From positions 1,398-65,397 of IMG/VR virus record IMGVR_UViG_3300023278_000857: 64,000 bases of DNA. One strand, written 5' to 3'. Under the pieces are notes generated by a model. The model saw only the letters and a program-made list of their open reading frames with translations. It had not been told where the DNA came from and did no database searches. The DNA comes from a virus. A program made the position numbers and the translations under genes. Positions 63,087 through 64,000 of this stretch are shown piece by piece; position 1 is the stretch's first letter, and the number at the start of each line of letters is the position of its first letter.

Positions 63087-63620
63087 ATGAAAAACTTTCT
63101 AATCAACATCACAAGTGACGTATACAATATTCTTTTAGTTGTTGCGATTATGTTAGTAGTAACACCAGCAAATGCTGAACAAACGTTTGCTGGATATGAG
63201 CAAGATTCCTTTCCAGAAACATATTGTATGGCGCTAAACATTTATTACGAAGCACGTGGTAGCAGTATGGCTGACCAAATTGGTGTTAGTGATGTTGTAT
63301 TAAATCGTGTACGTGATATTCGTTATCCAGATAATGTATGCGAAGTAGTTAGGCAGGGTCGACAAGACAGTAACGGAAATATGATACGTAATGCTTGTCA
63401 GTTTAGCTGGTATTGCGATGGTAAAGCAGACACTCCCCAAGACCAAGACTCTTGGATTAGTGCACAAACACTTGCTTGGCGTATTATGAAGTTTGAAGAG
63501 TTTCGTGGAATAACAGAAGGCGCAACTCACTATCACGCACATTATGTAAATCCACGTTGGGCTCGTGACCTTACACTTACTGGATCAATTGGAGTACATA
63601 AATTTTATCGTTGGGACTAA
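63087..63620 (+). CDS. SleB-like cell wall hydrolase (Hydrolase_2)
   Basis: Signal/TM N-terminus; CMALNIYYEARG, VVLNRV, CQFSWYCDG, ATHYHA.YV.P.W, HKFY. Confidence 0.85.
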   Translation: MKNFLINITSDVYNILLVVAIMLVVTPANAEQTFAGYEQDSFPETYCMALNIYYEARGSSMADQIGVSDVVLNRVRDIRYPDNVCEVVRQGRQDSNGNMIRNACQFSWYCDGKADTPQDQDSWISAQTLAWRIMKFEEFRGITEGATHYHAHYVNPRWARDLTLTGSIGVHKFYRWD

Positions 63621-63638
63621 AAATACATAAATATATGT

Positions 63639-64000
63639 ATGAAAATAAACGAAGTAATAAATCAACCACTTGAAGAAGGTCCAAACGACCCTCATATTTT
63701 TAAAGCAGTGTTTATGGCTGGTGGCCCTGGATCTGGAAAGTCATACGTGGCTGGAAAGATGTTAGGCGGCACTGGCCTTAAATCTGTTAATAGTGATGAG
63801 ATTTATGAATATCTGGCACAGAAACAAGACATTGATTTAGGTGATCCGGCACAAGTGATCTCGCCACAAGGTCAAGAAGTACGTGGTAGAGCTAAAGAAC
63901 TTACACAAAAAAAACGTGGACACTATTTAGATGGTAGACTGGGTGTAGTAATTGATGGCACAGGTAAAGATGTTGACAAAGTAAAAAAAGATAGTCAAGC
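63639..64000 (+). CDS. P-loop kinase (zeta-toxin/PNK-like), 5' partial, with capsid-targeting-like N-terminus
   Basis: MKINEVINQPLEE|GPNDPHIFKAVFMAGGPGSGKS...VNSDEIYE...VIDGTG; ATAAATA-N5-ATG; runs off the window end. Confidence 0.7.
   Translation, partial: MKINEVINQPLEEGPNDPHIFKAVFMAGGPGSGKSYVAGKMLGGTGLKSVNSDEIYEYLAQKQDIDLGDPAQVISPQGQEVRGRAKELTQKKRGHYLDGRLGVVIDGTGKDVDKVKKDSQ

Noticed and set aside
596-63542. Many short antisense or out-of-frame ORFs in the track (e.g. 596-826, 3378-3617, 8052-8315, 23212-23574, 43634-44014, 53952-54311, and ORFs across the tRNA genes)
   Set aside because: They overlap well-supported genes or tRNAs, lack RBS or promoter, and have no recognisable motifs
1-64000. 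CRISPR array, reverse transcriptase/DGR, integrase, IS elements
   Set aside because: No regularly spaced repeat-spacer series and no RT, integrase or transposase motifs seen in any ORF
1-64000. Alternative genetic code or suppressor tRNA
   Set aside because: Core genes read full-length in code 11 with TAA, TAG and TGA all used as stops; no CUA or UCA anticodon found

Overview
64 kb of an AT-rich T4-like (Tevenvirinae-related, probably jumbo-type) myovirus genome; no cellular housekeeping context is present. It carries a virion module (tail-fibre and receptor-binding genes, neck gp13/gp14/gp15-like, sheath gp18, tube gp19, gp4, terminase gp16/gp17-like, PAAR tip, many small head-internal proteins) and a replication/recombination module (gp32 SSB, UvsX, UvsY, UvsW, primase, DnaB-like helicase, a 185-aa minimal DnaE-like polymerase core, exonuclease, NrdAB plus glutaredoxin, dNMP kinase). 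It also has small early genes behind near-consensus sigma70 promoters and a tRNA island (28.27-31.43 kb) invaded by three HNH endonuclease genes. Most notable observations: (1) a resident tRNA-Leu is split in two by an HNH plus replacement-tRNA-Leu cassette, next to non-canonical tRNAs (Ser-ACU, long-variable-arm Ile-UAU and CAU) and unclassified structured RNAs; (2) a family of proteins with T4-like capsid-targeting/prohead-protease N-termini includes a nucleotidyltransferase, a ligase-fold protein and a P-loop kinase, suggesting a virion-delivered nucleic-acid repair kit; (3) eleven late genes have a fixed ATAAATA-N5-ATG architecture implying leaderless mRNAs, and two late promoters sit in hairpin loops next to the RBS; (4) a palindromic AAGACGTCTT operator-like motif recurs in early promoter spacers; (5) a 193-nt element with 15-bp terminal inverted repeats lies beside a palindromic bidirectional late promoter. 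A marine alphaproteobacterial host is an inference only. All protein calls come from motif recognition by eye; no database searches were run.
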